Below, piece by piece: positions 28,753 through 44,156 of a DNA stretch of 64,000 nucleotides. The notes beneath the pieces are model-generated. The model saw only the letters and a list, made by a program, of their open reading frames with translations. It did not search any database and had not been told where the DNA came from. Position numbers and translations under genes: made by a program. The stretch's first letter is position 1, and every line of letters starts with the position of its first letter. The stretch lies in NCBI GenBank assembly GCA_951406725.2, contig OX597826.1:11656001-11720000 (forward strand), given 5' to 3'. The DNA is from Octopus vulgaris. Lineage: Eukaryota.

Positions 28753-29828
28753 TATACATATGACTACCTGTGACCCGTTGGGTCACTGACGGTTCAGGTT
28801 ATAAAACATTGAAGCTCATTTCAACATTGAATTTGAAATGAAAGCTAATTTTTTGATGATTCATTTAAATATTTCAATTTGCTCGTGTCATCATAGGTCT
28901 GGTTTACAAGTTCATGTTTAAGGTTCCATTGATATTTACAGCATCTAATAGAAATAGAACTTCCGGGATAAACTTGAACTCCAGTAACAGCCAGCAATGC
29001 GACTTTTATACCCTAAATGACGATTCTCTTGCCCAAAATATAAGCAAATATACTGTTGACCTGAAAGCAGACAAAGCTGTGTTACGGTCGTCGTCCCATC
29101 ACGTAGTTTATTTCATGATAAATTTCTGGTTTCATACTCTATACCAGCATATTGTCACAATATTGTATTTATATACGCAGAACCATACATTTACCGCTAG
29201 AAAATCACTTCGAAATATTTTACAATAAGTGTCTGATGACGTGATGAAAATGGTTAGGCTGACTTTAATCATATTTTGGATCTGATTATTCAAAAATGAC
29301 AGTGTCAATCGTTAAAGGTTGAGGATATTAGACACAACCATTAGGCTTTGGGTTCACTTTCATTGTGTGGATCTCGAGGAGAGTCTTCTATTGTTGTTCT
29401 GGATCGACTAATAACTTGTGAGTAAATTTGGTGGATGGAATTGTGTGAAAGCCCACCGTAAACATACACACATATATGTGTTTGTCTCCATATTGCTTGA
29501 CAACCAGCTTTATTTTGTTTACGTACATGTAACTTAGTGGTTCAACAAAAGAGACTGAATAAGTACCAGGCTTAAAAAATTAAGTACTGGGATCAGTTTA
29601 ACTAAAACTCTTCAATGCATTGCCCCAGTATAGCCGGAGTCCAATGACCGAAACAAGTAATATCAAAAATAAGATAACTGTATTATTGCAAAATTTAAAT
29701 GGATAAGTTGTGAACGATACTGAATATTTAAAGTAAACGAAAACAAGATGAAGCATTCTTTCGAAAGACGATAAATTCTACTACACTTATTATGGTAAAT
29801 TAACTGATTGTTTATTTCTTATTGCTCA

Positions 29829-30227
29829 GTGGAGGCGCAATGGGCCAGTGGTTAGGGCAGCGGACTCGCGGTCATAGGATCGCGGTTTCGATTCCCAGAC
29901 CGGGCGTTGTGAGTGTTTATTGAGCGAAAACACCTAAAGCTCCACGAGGCTCCGGCAGGGGATGGTGGTGATTCCTGCTGTACTCTTTCACCACAACTTT
30001 CTCTCACTCTTACTTCCTGTTTCTGTTGTACCTGTATTTCAAAGGGCCGGCCTTGTCACTCTCTGTGTCACGCTAAATATCCCCGAGAACGACGTTAAAT
30101 GTACACGTGTATGTGGACTGCTCAGCCACTACTTACACGTTAATTTCCCGAGCAGGCTGTTCCGTTGATTCGGATCAACTGGAACCCTCGTCGTCGTAAC
30201 CGACGGAGTGCTTCCATCTATCCATCC
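29829..30227 (+). mobile_element. tRNA-derived SINE family C, tail type 1
   Basis: Head ggaggcgcaatgggccagtggttagggcagcggactcgcggtc...ggtttcgattccc; (ATCC)n end; 15-bp TSD atttctt(a/g)ttgctca at 29814-29828 and 30228-30242. Confidence 0.9.
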
Positions 30228-30721
30228 ATTTCTTGTTGCTCACATTCTATGAAATTCATAAAAGTTACTACACATAAATTTTGAAAATAATTATTTTAGT
30301 TAAATTGCACGTCTATTTAGCAATCTTTACAGTACTAATTCAGCAAATACAGCAAGGTCTATGCTTTTTCGAAGGGTTTTAATAAGAGCGAAATATATTG
30401 TCTCCTTATAAATCCTGAATTGATCTAAATAATGATATGAATTTCGATAACAGTTTCCTTCCTACATTAATATTTTAAATTAAAGCTTTGAAGCTCATTA
30501 CATTAGATATGTTAACACTAGTTTTACTAGTAATCTGTTTTGTTTTAGTATTTTTGTGGTGCGTATGCGTATAATTATATATATAACTATCAACATATAT
30601 TATTATATATAATTATATATTATACTATTTTTATTATAAATAAATATCGTTATGTATTGACATATATATATATTTATATATATATAATATGTATGTATAT
30701 ATTATTTCTAACTAACTATAT

Positions 30722-31155
30722 TGTTGGCATCCTTTTGTCTCGGGAGACAATGGAGTTGCGCATAAACTTATCCAGTCTGGTTTTTACATTTCTTGACCTC
30801 TCAAGTTTCCTCTCCAGTTCTGCGCAGGCCTGGGCTTGATGTAAGAAAATCCTGGGTAGCCCAGTCGTCAGAATTCTTCTCTCGACCTTTCTTACTTAGT
30901 CCAAAAGAGTGCAGAGCATTACGTTTAGCACCAGCTTGGTTTCAGGAGCTGCCGGAAGAGTGTCGAGTCGAACACTAAACCGCCTACGGGGCTCCACTCC
31001 GGATTTCTTCGAAGGTTGTCTTCTTTCCGTAACCCTGGATAGGGGCCCATACCGAGTACTATCAACTGGAGCCAGCTGAGCCCGGGATTCGTGTTAGGCA
31101 GGGTCGACACTCCCTGAAGTAGTGAAGAAAATTGCTACCCACTACCTAAAATTTC
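30722..31155 (-). mobile_element. RTE-derived non-autonomous retroposon, copy 2
   Basis: Reverse complement of 28405-28752; ctaactatat repeated at 30712 and 31156 (possible TSD). Confidence 0.6.
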
Positions 31156-31164
31156 CTAACTATA

Positions 31165-31253
<89 letters not shown>

Positions 31254-31280
31254 ATGTATGTATGTTTTGAATATATAGTG

Positions 31281-31317
<37 letters not shown>

Positions 31318-31318
<1 letters not shown>

Positions 31319-31980
31319 TCAATATAAAATAGTGTACATTTAAACACAAGAGAAAACTATCCTTTAACAGGTAATTTTTACACACTAGAAGAAGCAGTCA
31401 AAACGACCAAAGCCACATTTAAGAGCAATTTTCGAAGGGAAGGAAAAATAAAAACTTTTACTTTGTTATTTTTATACGGTTATATCTAGGTTTCAGATTT
31501 CTTTAGCAAATAAAATAATTTGCTTGGCAAATCCACATCAGTAACTGTGCCATAACATTAACATATAATTTAGAGACAAATAACACGTGTCTCATCACTA
31601 TATGTTATAATTTTTCAAAATTCACCACGCAAGCGCAGTTTCAGTCGGCAGTAATAAAAATATGCCGAACCGATCTTCGAATTGCTAAAATCATATTCGT
31701 AAAATATATAGGACTAAAGGTAGTTTTCTCTTGTGTTTAAATGTACATTATTTTAGATTGAGAATATGTTCTATATTGACTTTTTATACATGCTAGGCCA
31801 CTGGTCGTGAAACTTCTAAAAATATTCGCCACCCTATATATTTTACGAATATGATTTTAGTATTTCGATGGTCGGTTCGGTATTTTTCATTTTCTACCGA
31901 CTGAAACTGCGCTTGCGCGGTGAATTTTTAAAAATTATTACATAATAATGAGACACATATTATTTGTCTCTAAATTATAG
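31318..31980. mobile_element. TA-adjacent element with interleaved inverted repeats (PLE-like)
   Basis: 31318-31368 is inverted to 31715-31762, and 31565-31712 is inverted to 31832-31978. Confidence 0.7.
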
Positions 31981-32479
31981 TGTATACAGATTTAGGAGGA
32001 AATACTAATAAGGTATGTATACTAAAATCGTGAAACATGTTACGTAATAACAGGCTAATTAGATATGAGATAATAACAATTCAAAGTAATTAACTGTGAA
32101 AAAAAGTTTTTGTGCGTTCCCAGAGAATATTACCCTCAGCAGCGCTAGTGTTGGTATATTCGTGAATAAGTCACTAACCAAATAATTAGATCTATTGTTT
32201 AGGAGAATACTATTTGTTTAAGCGTTGTATTGGATAAATTGAGAAAATAACATTTCCTGGTTATTTCCAGGAGGGAATGGGTTATTGCCCTTGGGAGCTT
32301 AAGAATAATTACTCCCACCGTTCATTCACGCCCAAATGTTATTCCGTTATTCCTCCCGCTGAATTTTACTGATGAATTTTGGCAACTTCTATCTCCATGG
32401 TATATAATTAATTTGATAACATTTCTAGTCCAGTCGTTGCAGAATTGTTTTCTTTATTTTCGGATATAACACATAAATA

Positions 32480-34095
32480 TTAATCGCTTGTTCTTTATTT
32501 TCCTGCTTTGATAATGAGTAGTGAAAAGAATTGCAATTAGAGACATTTTATTTCACCTGTGGATACAAGGACTGAGATGAAGAGCAGAAACAACAACAAT
32601 AGCAACAAAATAATGGTTTGGAACGCACAGGATCTGTCAAGGGCGTGTGGCACAAAACTGGTTCAGACGCTTCAAGGAAGGTGAGACTAGCTTTGTTCTG
32701 TTGTGGAAGATGAGGCCTTACTTGAAATGGTAGAACAACAGCAAAGCACAAGAACTCGTACACTGTCGGCAGAATTTGGTCCTTCAGAAAACAAGATCTT
32801 TAAGCTCGGCCTTGTGAACAGACGCTGGCGAGAAGTTCCTCATGAACTGACCAATGACCAAAATCAACGGCGTCTGAGCATTTACGAACAACCGCTGACA
32901 AAAGCTCGCGATGCCCGTTTATGGCGTCGAATTGTTAATGGAGAAGAAAAATTAACCTTCTTTCGTAATACTAATAAGAGAAACCAGCCATACTTCAGAA
33001 TTTGTCAGACAAGAGCAGTTTGAACCGAGAGTTGTGTGTTTGGTGGAATTTCGAGCGGTTGTTGCGCTTTGAGCTTGTTCCAGATAGTCATGCCGTGAGA
33101 TTTAAGTTTTATGCTCAACAATAGCTACAGTGGAGGCGCAATGGCCCAGTGGTTAGGGCAGCGCACTCGCTGTTGTAAGAATGCGGTTTCGATTCCCAGA
33201 CCGGGCATTGTGAGTGTTTATTGAGCAAAAACACCTAAGCTCCACGAGGCTCCGGCGGGATGTGGGGATGAACCCTGCTGTATTCTTTCACCACAACTTT
33301 CTCTCACTCTTGTTTCCTACTTCTGCCACAAAGCTGAGGAACCATGGTGTAACCCACTATGGTGTGGTAAACTTTCAGACCCTAGTCTAGATTGTGAATC
33401 CTCTGTACCCCAGGATGGTTCAGCTCTCCACCCGTTAAAAGCCACCGTTTACGGAATGAGGATAACAACGTAGCTTTCGTGCCCTTGCAACCGCCAGTCT
33501 ATCGCGTGTGGTGGGTGGATCTTCAAGTTGCCACACGCATTCTTAGTAGCTTAGGGTAGGCTCGAATTAGAGATTATTCTTTGTGGCTAATGGCGTGAGT
33601 CCTGATTGGCAGAAGAAGAAGAAGAAGAAGAAGAAGAAGAAGAAGAAGAAGAAGAAAACAACAGCTGCAAGATGATGTTTTGAAAGCTCGCTATCCGGCA
33701 TTGGTCAATGGAACATACCCACTCCTACAGCATGACAATGTCCCAGCACACACTGGTAATTTGACCAAGATCAAACATTAGGAATTTGAGGGGCTGGAAG
33801 TGCGGTTTCACCCTGCCTACAGTTCAGATCTTGCATCATCAGATTGCGACATTTTTCCAAGCCTTGGTTCAACGGTGTAGATGAGGCTGAAACCTGATGC
33901 AGGGAGTTTTTTGTCTCTAAGCCAGCCAAATAGTATAAGCGTGGAATTGAGCTTCTGGCACAATGATCGCAACAGACAATAGAATATGATGGGATATATT
34001 TTGGCGAATAAACGCTTTTCGTATATAATTAGCTTGAACTATTAATTAAATCTTGGAATCCTGAAATACGAAAAAACCTTTGACTTACACTGATA
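32480..34095 (+). mobile_element. Decayed mariner transposon (DD34D-type)
   Basis: EVPHELT, RIVNGEEK (RIVTGDEK), WWNF, LLQHDNVPAH, HPAYSSDLASSD (YSPDLAPSD); many stops and frameshifts; left TIR not found. Confidence 0.92.
33130..33656 (+). mobile_element. SINE family C, tail type 2, inserted in the mariner
   Basis: Same head as 29829 with a different ~290-bp tail and a (GAA)n end; TSD aacaatagctaca / aacaacagctgca. Confidence 0.85.
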
Positions 34096-35072
34096 TTCGT
34101 CTGTGTGTATGTGTGTGTGTGGTGTGTGCGCGCGTATGTATGTATATATGTATATATATATGTATGTGTGTGCGTATATATACATACATTTCTTTCATAG
34201 TAAGTCACCTACTATTTGTTCATGCACTGTGTCCCCATTTCTGTAACGATATAAGAAATCTCTATTATTATTGTTGTTGTTATACTCTAGGCAAAACGTT
34301 TCTTATTTTTGAAATTTGTCTTTATAGTGTTCCTTATTTCTCACTCATATGAAATAAAAGAAAACACCACCACCACCATCACCACTGTCACCACCACCAC
34401 CACCGTCACCACCACCGTCACCACTACCGTCGCCGCTGCCATATATCATCATGATCATCATGATCATCATCATTATTATTTTTATTCACCAAGAATTGCT
34501 GTCAACAGTAAGCACTGAAATCATAAACATCATCTCTCTCTCTCTCTTCGTTCATAGATTCTAATATTCTCTTATATGCATATATTCCGTTAGCATTTCC
34601 GTTCACTCTTGGTGGATTTCATCTTAACCATTTCAATAATATGTCCGACACAGCTGTGACCAAAATTTGACCAAAGTCACTTTGACCAAAAATGGTCACT
34701 CTTTAGCGAATCGTTTCAATTTCTTTCTTACTTTATGCCTCATTGCAGTTTGGCAGTCGCCGGGTCAATCCTTTCTTCACAATAAATAGACACGAAATGA
34801 TTTCCTTTGAAATATTACCAAAATAAATATTGTGTCCTCAGTTTGGATATTCTGTTTAGGTTTTCCTGTGTGTCCCCTTATCTCTCTATGTCAGTCTGCC
34901 CCCCCTCTCTCTCTCTGTTCTCTCTCTTGCTATATATATATATATATGCATAAGCATATATATATACACACACATATATATGTATATATATATATTAACA
35001 CATACGTGTATAGGTTTATAGACATACATATATATATATACATACATATATAAAACCCATATACGCGTATAG

Positions 35073-35146
<74 letters not shown>

Positions 35147-36004
35147 CACACACACACACGCATATATATAAAGGTATGATCCAAGGATCAAAGTGTAGGA
35201 AGTTACTGAATACACACACGCACACATATATATATATATGTACATATGTGTGTGTGTGTATGTATATATACATATACGTATATATATATATATATATATA
35301 TTCACTTATAATTGTATGTATGTATATTAACAGTGTCCTAGCACGCACAACAGTGAGTTTAGGGTTTGGTAATCGGCTCTACATCAAACACCAATATTCG
35401 TATATCCTACGTGCTGTGAATTCAAAGATCTTATCGGAAGGTTGACTAAGGTGCAGATTCCAAGCCATATCACTCAATGAAAAACACAAGAAACCTTATT
35501 AGTATTATTATGCTTTAATATACAAATGATTCAATAAGCAGGTGGTTCATTTCTTTGGTATTCGTGAAATAAAATCCTTTTACCGAAACGCCAAAAAAAT
35601 GAGCTGTCGTCTTTTTGAAATATTTTCTATATTAAAACGAAGAACACTAGTTACATTTCTTGCATTTCTCTCTGAGTTTCACGTAACCCGTCATCAGACA
35701 GATGCGGAATTCTGGAACAAGAAAATGGCATTTTTAAATTGTTATAGGTGATGTACATGGTAGTATTTGACAAATAATCAAATAACTAATCGAATTTGAT
35801 AGGATGAAGTTCGTGATGTTTCAAAATGAATAGAATCTAGGGGATAATATGTCTGACCGTCACACACACACACACACATACACACACACATTAGTCACTC
35901 TATCTCTCTCTCTATTTTTCACCTTTTCACTTTCTCTTCCTCTCTCTCTCTCTCTCTTTATTTTTCCCCTTTCTCACTCTCTCTCTCTCTGTTTATTTTC
36001 TCTT

Positions 36005-36110
36005 ATTCCTTTCTGTTGAAGAACATAGGTCCAAGCGTCAAACTAATACACTTTGCCTATTGTTCACACACCTGTCTTCATCTTTTATTTTTCTATAAAT
36101 TTCTACTATC
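36005..36110 (+). mobile_element. Minimal-HHR family element, internally deleted
   Basis: CTTT-CTGTTGA-AGAAC-ATAGG followed by the family body (aactaatacac...cacctgtcttc); a further HHR-less piece is at 5855-5940. Confidence 0.7.
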
Positions 36111-36146
36111 TCTCTGTCTGTCTGTCTCTGTCTGTCTCTGTTTGTC

Positions 36147-36225
<79 letters not shown>

Positions 36226-36531
36226 ATATATAATTAAATTCAAGTCCCAATATATAGTTTCAAGTAATTCGGTAGTACTCATAAGACGAACTCCTTCATG
36301 TATCATTCTACAAAACGAAATATATAGTACGGTAGAAGAGAAAACGATAATTTAACGAAGACATTTTCAGCTGAGGACGTGGCCAAATTCTGCATCATTT
36401 TGAAGGGTTTTTATCATTTTACCTCAATGCAGAAATATAAGTAATTTATCTAAAATGAGATATGATAATATAAATTATTTACGAAACAATCTGTCTTGAT
36501 ATTAGAATATATACATACATACATACATACA

Positions 36532-36625
<94 letters not shown>

Positions 36626-36672
36626 TGTATGTATGTATGTATGTATGTATGTATATATTCTAATATCAAGAC

Positions 36673-36714
<42 letters not shown>

Positions 36715-36717
<3 letters not shown>

Positions 36718-36835
36718 CCGAAATTGCGAGGAAGATCCGGTTCTTGACTGAAGATTAAAGGCTTCGAATGACCCGTCCGTGTTTTTTGTATCGTCTTCTG
36801 GATGTTTTGCGTTCTTGTCCCATTTTGTATTTTGT
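36715..36835 (+). mobile_element. TA-embedded element, family P (truncated)
   Basis: cagccgaaattgcgaggaagatccggttcttgactgaagattaaaggcttcgaatgacccgtcc. Confidence 0.8.
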
Positions 36836-36864
36836 ATATATATATATATATATACATACATACA

Positions 36865-36899
<35 letters not shown>

Positions 36900-39157
36900 G
36901 ACAAATAATATAAACATCAATAACGAGTGAAATTAAGTCGAATAAATCGAATCGTTAAGAATCGTTACAGAAAAATGGTTTTAATAATTGCAGGCATGGA
37001 TATACTTCTTTGATCTCACGTCAAGGCTGGCTCAATTACCTGTGGAACAACATCATGTTTCTTTGAGCATCTCTATATTCCTTGAACTAGAATGTTGTTT
37101 CTTTTATGTGACTTATATTAAAAATCATTGAAAAAATTTCCCAGTCATTGACTGCACCATATATTTACCTGTATAGTGTTACCTGTACCAAGAGTCAACT
37201 GAACCTCAAAGAAGTTATGTTCTAATTCGTCTGATTTATCTCTTCTGACATTGCATCGAATAGATTGTTTGAAGTGTGCATGACAAACAAACGGCAACAT
37301 TTTGGTGGAAATTGTGAGGTATTAAACTTCATCTAGTGTCTTCTTCCAATGGGATTCAACTTTCGAGATGTCGAAAATTTGGCAGATATTCTGTTTTCGA
37401 AGATTTTTGCCATAATGCAAATAAAATAAGTGCAAATAAAATTATTCAGTATTATGTAGTTAGGTCATGTAAACACACTCAATGGCGTCACTTATTCGAG
37501 TACTAGATATTCAAGGGCAAGTATGTGTTTTTGAACTTATGTTTTTGAAAGCATTTTCTCTTTCCTTGAAAGCATTTTCACTTCTCTTGCCATGTTTTAG
37601 GAGATCACAGTATTGAAGAAATTTGGCAAATTCTCCATTTAGACATAGTTAAAGCAATGTTGTATGCCTGGACATGGTTAAAGCAATTCTGTGTGCCTAC
37701 ATAGGATGCGATCTTGAGCATTTTCTCCGAATAATTCGCCGTTTTCTTGCTGGATCTTCAGTTTCATCACACTCTATCGAGGCACATAGATCGAAAATTT
37801 CAGAACAATCAAAACTTCTTTCATAGTGCTGTGTTTTTTTTTATCTTTGTGTAAAAGATGCTGGCATGATGGTAAATCGACTGCCATTACCTGGATTTTC
37901 ATCGCTGTTTCTTTATTAGCCACACAGAATTTGAAAGATATAATAAAGTGTAAAGAATGTTGAATAGGGAAATTACAACTGGGACAAACAAGATGTATAA
38001 AAACGAAGCTATCGGAGAGAGACGTGTACAATTGTAAAGATATTGGAAATGTATAAATAATTACACATAAAAGATAAAAGAGTATAATAAAAAGAAACAG
38101 TTACAAAATATACGCATAGAAATTAAAGACTAGTCGTGTTCACCGGGATACACCATATACACACATCCCTCTTTCCGATATTTTTGGGTTTTATTTTTGT
38201 ATTCTTCAACGCTGTTGAGTCAAGATCTTTCACAGGGGGTTCTTTGGTAGGAGTGGGTAAGAAAGGGTCCGCGCCTTTCGGTTGGTTGAGTTGTAGTATG
38301 AGTTGTAATATACATAGACTACTTTACTAGAACCCCATCTCATCTCCTATTCGATTAGTATCTTGTCTGGAAAGTTCTCGTACATATCAAAAACGTCTGG
38401 CATTAGGCTTGAGTTAGTCTTGCAAAAGGTTGTGAAAACCATTTCCCTCGCCCTGGGTTCCCAGTCATAATTACTTCTTCTCAGCATGCTTAGCGGGATA
38501 CAACGATAGGATTATCATGTAGACTCGCGAACTCTCCCACTGATCATAGGATGCGTATGGTGACTTTGTTGCTGACCAAATGCCTATATTGTACCCCGGA
38601 AGTGACCACAAGTCAGAATCGACGCTAACGTCGATAACCTTGAGATGATCCTCGTATTTCTTCATAAATATTGTTTGACTAATCTACAAGCAGAAATATC
38701 TTGTACTATTTAAGTTTGTGCTTCCCCTGTATCCTATGTTTTGCAGAATATTATTATGTTGCTATACTCCCTCCTTTTTCTACTAAATGAAATCTCATTC
38801 AACATATCTGCGAGAGCTGTCTCTAGTTGATCTTTCAATAGAACAAGGAAAGTTCCATGGACATGGTAGGACAAATAGTTACACTAAAGTTTCTTCTTAC
38901 ATCACCCATGTTTTAGATTCTGGTCGGCTGGAGCCCATCTTATATGTGAAATACTGCCAAGCTTTAGTCTATTCTAGATTTAAGATCACATATATAGATA
39001 GATACATATATATTCATATATATAGATAGATACATATATATTCAAATATATACATTTATGTGCATATATACATATTTCAACATGTACGTGAGTATGTCAG
39101 CATGTATATATGTTTATTTGTACATACATATATACATATATGTGTATCTATCTATTC

Positions 39158-39219
<62 letters not shown>

Positions 39220-39464
39220 ATGTATATATATATGAATACATATATATATATAAATATATACTTGCATATATATGAATAAATATATCTATATCTATATCCA
39301 TATCTATATCTATATCTATATCTATATATATATACAGACACACATACACGCATATATATATATACATTAGTATTCGCTATAGTTTTGCTTGACGTGTACC
39401 TGTGAATGGCCTGTTGTTGCTAAAGCTGTAGTTGTTGAGGTCGATCCAATTGTTGTAAGTCACA

Positions 39465-39642
39465 TTTTACTTGTTTTAGTGGTTACACTGTTGCCATGCT
39501 GGGGCAACGCCTTAGTCGAAGAAATCAACGCCTGGACTTAATTTTGTTTATTCTATCGGGCTCTTTTGCCGAACCGCTAGATAACGAGGACGTAAACACA
39601 CTAATACCAGTTGTCAAGCGGTGGGGATGGGGGCAGATACAG

Positions 39643-39720
<78 letters not shown>

Positions 39721-39885
39721 GAGACGCGTTTCTATCAGTTTCCTCTACCAAATCCACTCACAAGGTTTTGGTCAGACCGAAACTATAGTAGGAGACATTT
39801 ACCCGATGTGCCACGCAGTGGGACTGAACCCCTAATCATGTGATTAGGAAGCAAACTTCTTACCACTCTGCCACACCAGCACCTA
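39465..39885 (-). mobile_element. SINE family A
   Basis: Reverse complement of the family A head, microsatellite and tail. Confidence 0.82.
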
Positions 39886-40004
39886 TGACATTTTTTGCTG
39901 AAATGTCTCTATTTTTTTCTGTTTGGATATTGTTTTGATCAGTTCACTACTTCAATTGGGACATTTCCGTATAACAGAGAAAGAAAATTGAAAGCTATTA
40001 AGAA

Positions 40005-40086
<82 letters not shown>

Positions 40087-40124
40087 GTAATAGTAATAGT
40101 AATAGTAATAATAATAATAATATA

Positions 40125-40208
<84 letters not shown>

Positions 40209-40415
40209 GAAAGGAAGAGAGAAAGTCTACCCTGGTACAGAGTAGACTTAGAAAATGTTTAGTAGAAGTCCCCGTGTAAGAAAAATTAAAACAAAGAAAA
40301 TGAAAACTAATTCCTTCATTTACACTTGAAAATATTCTCGAAGACTGGCAGCAAATCTTTAGATACGTCTAAACTAATCAGCATCGAAAGATGACGATGA
40401 CAACGATGACGGCGG

Positions 40416-40490
<75 letters not shown>

Positions 40491-40522
40491 GGAGGATGAG
40501 AATGCTGATGAGGATGATTAAA

Positions 40523-40573
<51 letters not shown>

Positions 40574-40699
40574 ACAATAATGACATAAAAAAATTAAATT
40601 GGCATCGTCAGTTGAAGAAGAAAAAAGAGGAAGAGAAGAAAACAAAAGAAAACGAAGACATGTACCACCAACAATGCTGCCGTTTCTACTACTACTACA

Positions 40700-40756
<57 letters not shown>

Positions 40757-40765
40757 TCCACCACC

Positions 40766-40808
<43 letters not shown>
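40005..40808. repeat. Cluster of (AAT)n, (GAT)n and (TAC)n microsatellites
   Basis: 40005-40205, 40391-40572, 40687-40808. Confidence 0.95.
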
Positions 40809-41102
40809 AACTAAAACGAGTATCCTTTGTCAATGACGATGATCATGTCAAATGAATTAAATGTTTTGCATATAGTAAAACGATATAATATAATAGGGTG
40901 GACGGTACTATCTACTTAACACCTTATCAACCACCAACACCATCTGTAAATCTGTACAATGGAAACAAAAACAAGGGGAAAAACATAACAGCAAACCACG
41001 TCAAAAATACTGACGAGTGCTACAAAATCGAACAGAGACGTATATACATACACATGCATACATATATATATACATACATACACACAATATATATATATAT
41101 AC

Positions 41103-41299
<197 letters not shown>

Positions 41300-41307
41300 G
41301 TGTGTAC

Positions 41308-41353
<46 letters not shown>

Positions 41354-41634
41354 CTGTCTGTATAATCGTTCAATTTTAATTCAAAACTTCTGTACTGGAG
41401 TATATTGGCTTCTGATTGATTTCTTTCTTACTTTTTTGTTTCTGTGTCTGTGGCTCATTGTAAATTGGTCATTGCTGTTTTTTTTTTGTTATATTTATTT
41501 TCTAATATACTTCATTTTCACAATAATTATATTGCAACCTGTTATATGTGTATTTTACGCGCGCGTGCGCAAGTTTATACATACATACATACATACATAC
41601 ATACATACATACATACATACATACATACATACAT

Positions 41635-41697
<63 letters not shown>

Positions 41698-41968
41698 CTT
41701 ATATAGATACATACATATATATTCAAATACATACATTTATGTGCATATATACATATTTCTACATATTTTTACATGTACGTGAGTGTTTATTTGTGCATAC
41801 ATATATACATATATGTGTATCTATCTATCTATCTATATATATATATATATATGAATACATACATACATATATATAATATATATATATATATATACATATA
41901 TACTCATATATGTCTATGTATATAGACACATTTATATACATGAATATATATATATGCATATATGTATA

Positions 41969-42009
<41 letters not shown>

Positions 42010-42150
42010 CCATATCTATGTATATGAATATACATAGAGAGAGATAGAGGGCATGTATATATCTACAAATATGCAAGTAGTTATGTGTATTTATCCTATT
42101 TATCTCTCTTTTCGTCTTTGTCTTTTTCTGCGTATGTATATGTATATATA

Positions 42151-42223
<73 letters not shown>

Positions 42224-42735
42224 GTATATATATGTTTATGTATATATACACACACATACACACATATACACCATAAGCAAACACACGGGCACTCACACAC
42301 ACACTCACTCACACACACACTCACTCACACACACACTCACTCACACACACAGACGATTATATATATGTTTGTGACGGACCATTATATATTAATAGGATAT
42401 TAATGTCTATGCATGGATGTGCCTACATGGATGTGTGTGACATTATATTAATAGACAAAAACATTACTTTTAATTCAAGAGCTTCAGTCGGAGTTAAAAT
42501 TGAAAAATACGCCATTGACAAGATGGAGATGACTTTTAATTGAGTGACATGCATTTTTTATGATTGCCAATATAAAAATTGTATTATGCTCGGTCAACAT
42601 CATTATCTTGGTAGAATTACATATTCATATACACAAGTGTACGTGTGAAGACATGTATACACATTTTAACATATATATTTCTTACCACCAGAATGCACAC
42701 ACAAACATATATGTATATAACTGTAGTTAACACCC

Positions 42736-42969
<234 letters not shown>

Positions 42970-43075
42970 GAGCGTGTATGTATATATCTATCCGTGTATC
43001 GCTGTATATCTGTGTATGCATATGTGTATATATGTATACATATATGAATGTGAGTACGTATATACTCACACACAT

Positions 43076-43115
<40 letters not shown>

Positions 43116-43497
43116 GTAAATGATTTCATACACGAGAATGTGTATATAGTTACGCGGATGTGTGTGTGTACATGTCTGTATGCATATTACTACAAGCATA
43201 TATGCATACATGTACGTGCCTATATGTACGAATTGTAAATATGTATAGATGTCTCTTACATATTATGTGTGTGTGTGTGTGTGTGCTGATGTATGCATGC
43301 TTGGGTATGTGTGTGTTGCTAGGCATCAATAATTTACATGGACATGGATATACATATGTATGTATAAATGAGCAATTTACATGGGCAGACATTTTCCATG
43401 ATTATGATAGCAACATACATATATAGATGCCAAGATTTTAAATTCTTTCAACGATTGCTACCACCCGATTGTAGTCACGGTAAAATATAGAGATGAA

Positions 43498-43596
<99 letters not shown>

Positions 43597-43707
43597 TATG
43601 TGTGCGTGGGAGCATACGTGTTTTATGAAATATCAGCATATAGACAGTTATGAAAGTGACTATAGGCACCCAGCCATGCAGATATACACAATCACGCATA
43701 TACAAAC

Positions 43708-43794
<87 letters not shown>

Positions 43795-43907
43795 CGCAAA
43801 CATGTGTGTGTGCATTATGTGTGCATATATGATTATAATGAACCCCAAAACACAAACAACACATACTTATGTATGAGTGTTTGCGCATGTATATATATAT
43901 ATATATA

Positions 43908-44060
43908 TCCTTAAATCCTTTAAAATGTTTTAGCCCGAAGGCCGCGGCCATGCTGGGGCACCACCGCTGAATGAGCTACACTAATTTGTGAATCCACCTC
44001 TGATACGTGGCACTTGATCAAGAAGGGAGTTCGAGCTGCTGCCCGCATCCACGTCTCCTG
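43908..44060 (-). mobile_element. 3' end of a CR1-like LINE sharing the SINE A tail
   Basis: Encodes [12 protein letters not shown] (frameshifted; resembles invertebrate CR1 ORF2 C-termini, from recall), then ggtgccccagcatggccgcgg-ccttcggg-ctaaaac. Confidence 0.6.
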
Positions 44061-44087
44061 TATATATATATTTATATATATATATAC

Positions 44088-44156
<69 letters not shown>

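Noticed and set aside
29829-29905. tRNA gene (also 33130, 51240 and the SINE A/B heads)
   Set aside because: A/B boxes run into SINE bodies bounded by TSDs, and the acceptor stem is not intact.
35670-35705. Minus-strand CTGATGA-CG..CGT-GAAACTC hammerhead candidate
   Set aside because: Stem III is essentially absent and stem I mismatched; possibly a decayed HHR but not supportable from one copy.
36960-38990. Coding-like non-repetitive stretch on the minus strand
   Set aside because: Only short broken ORFs with no motif I recognise; probably an old transposon remnant, needs blastx/Dfam.
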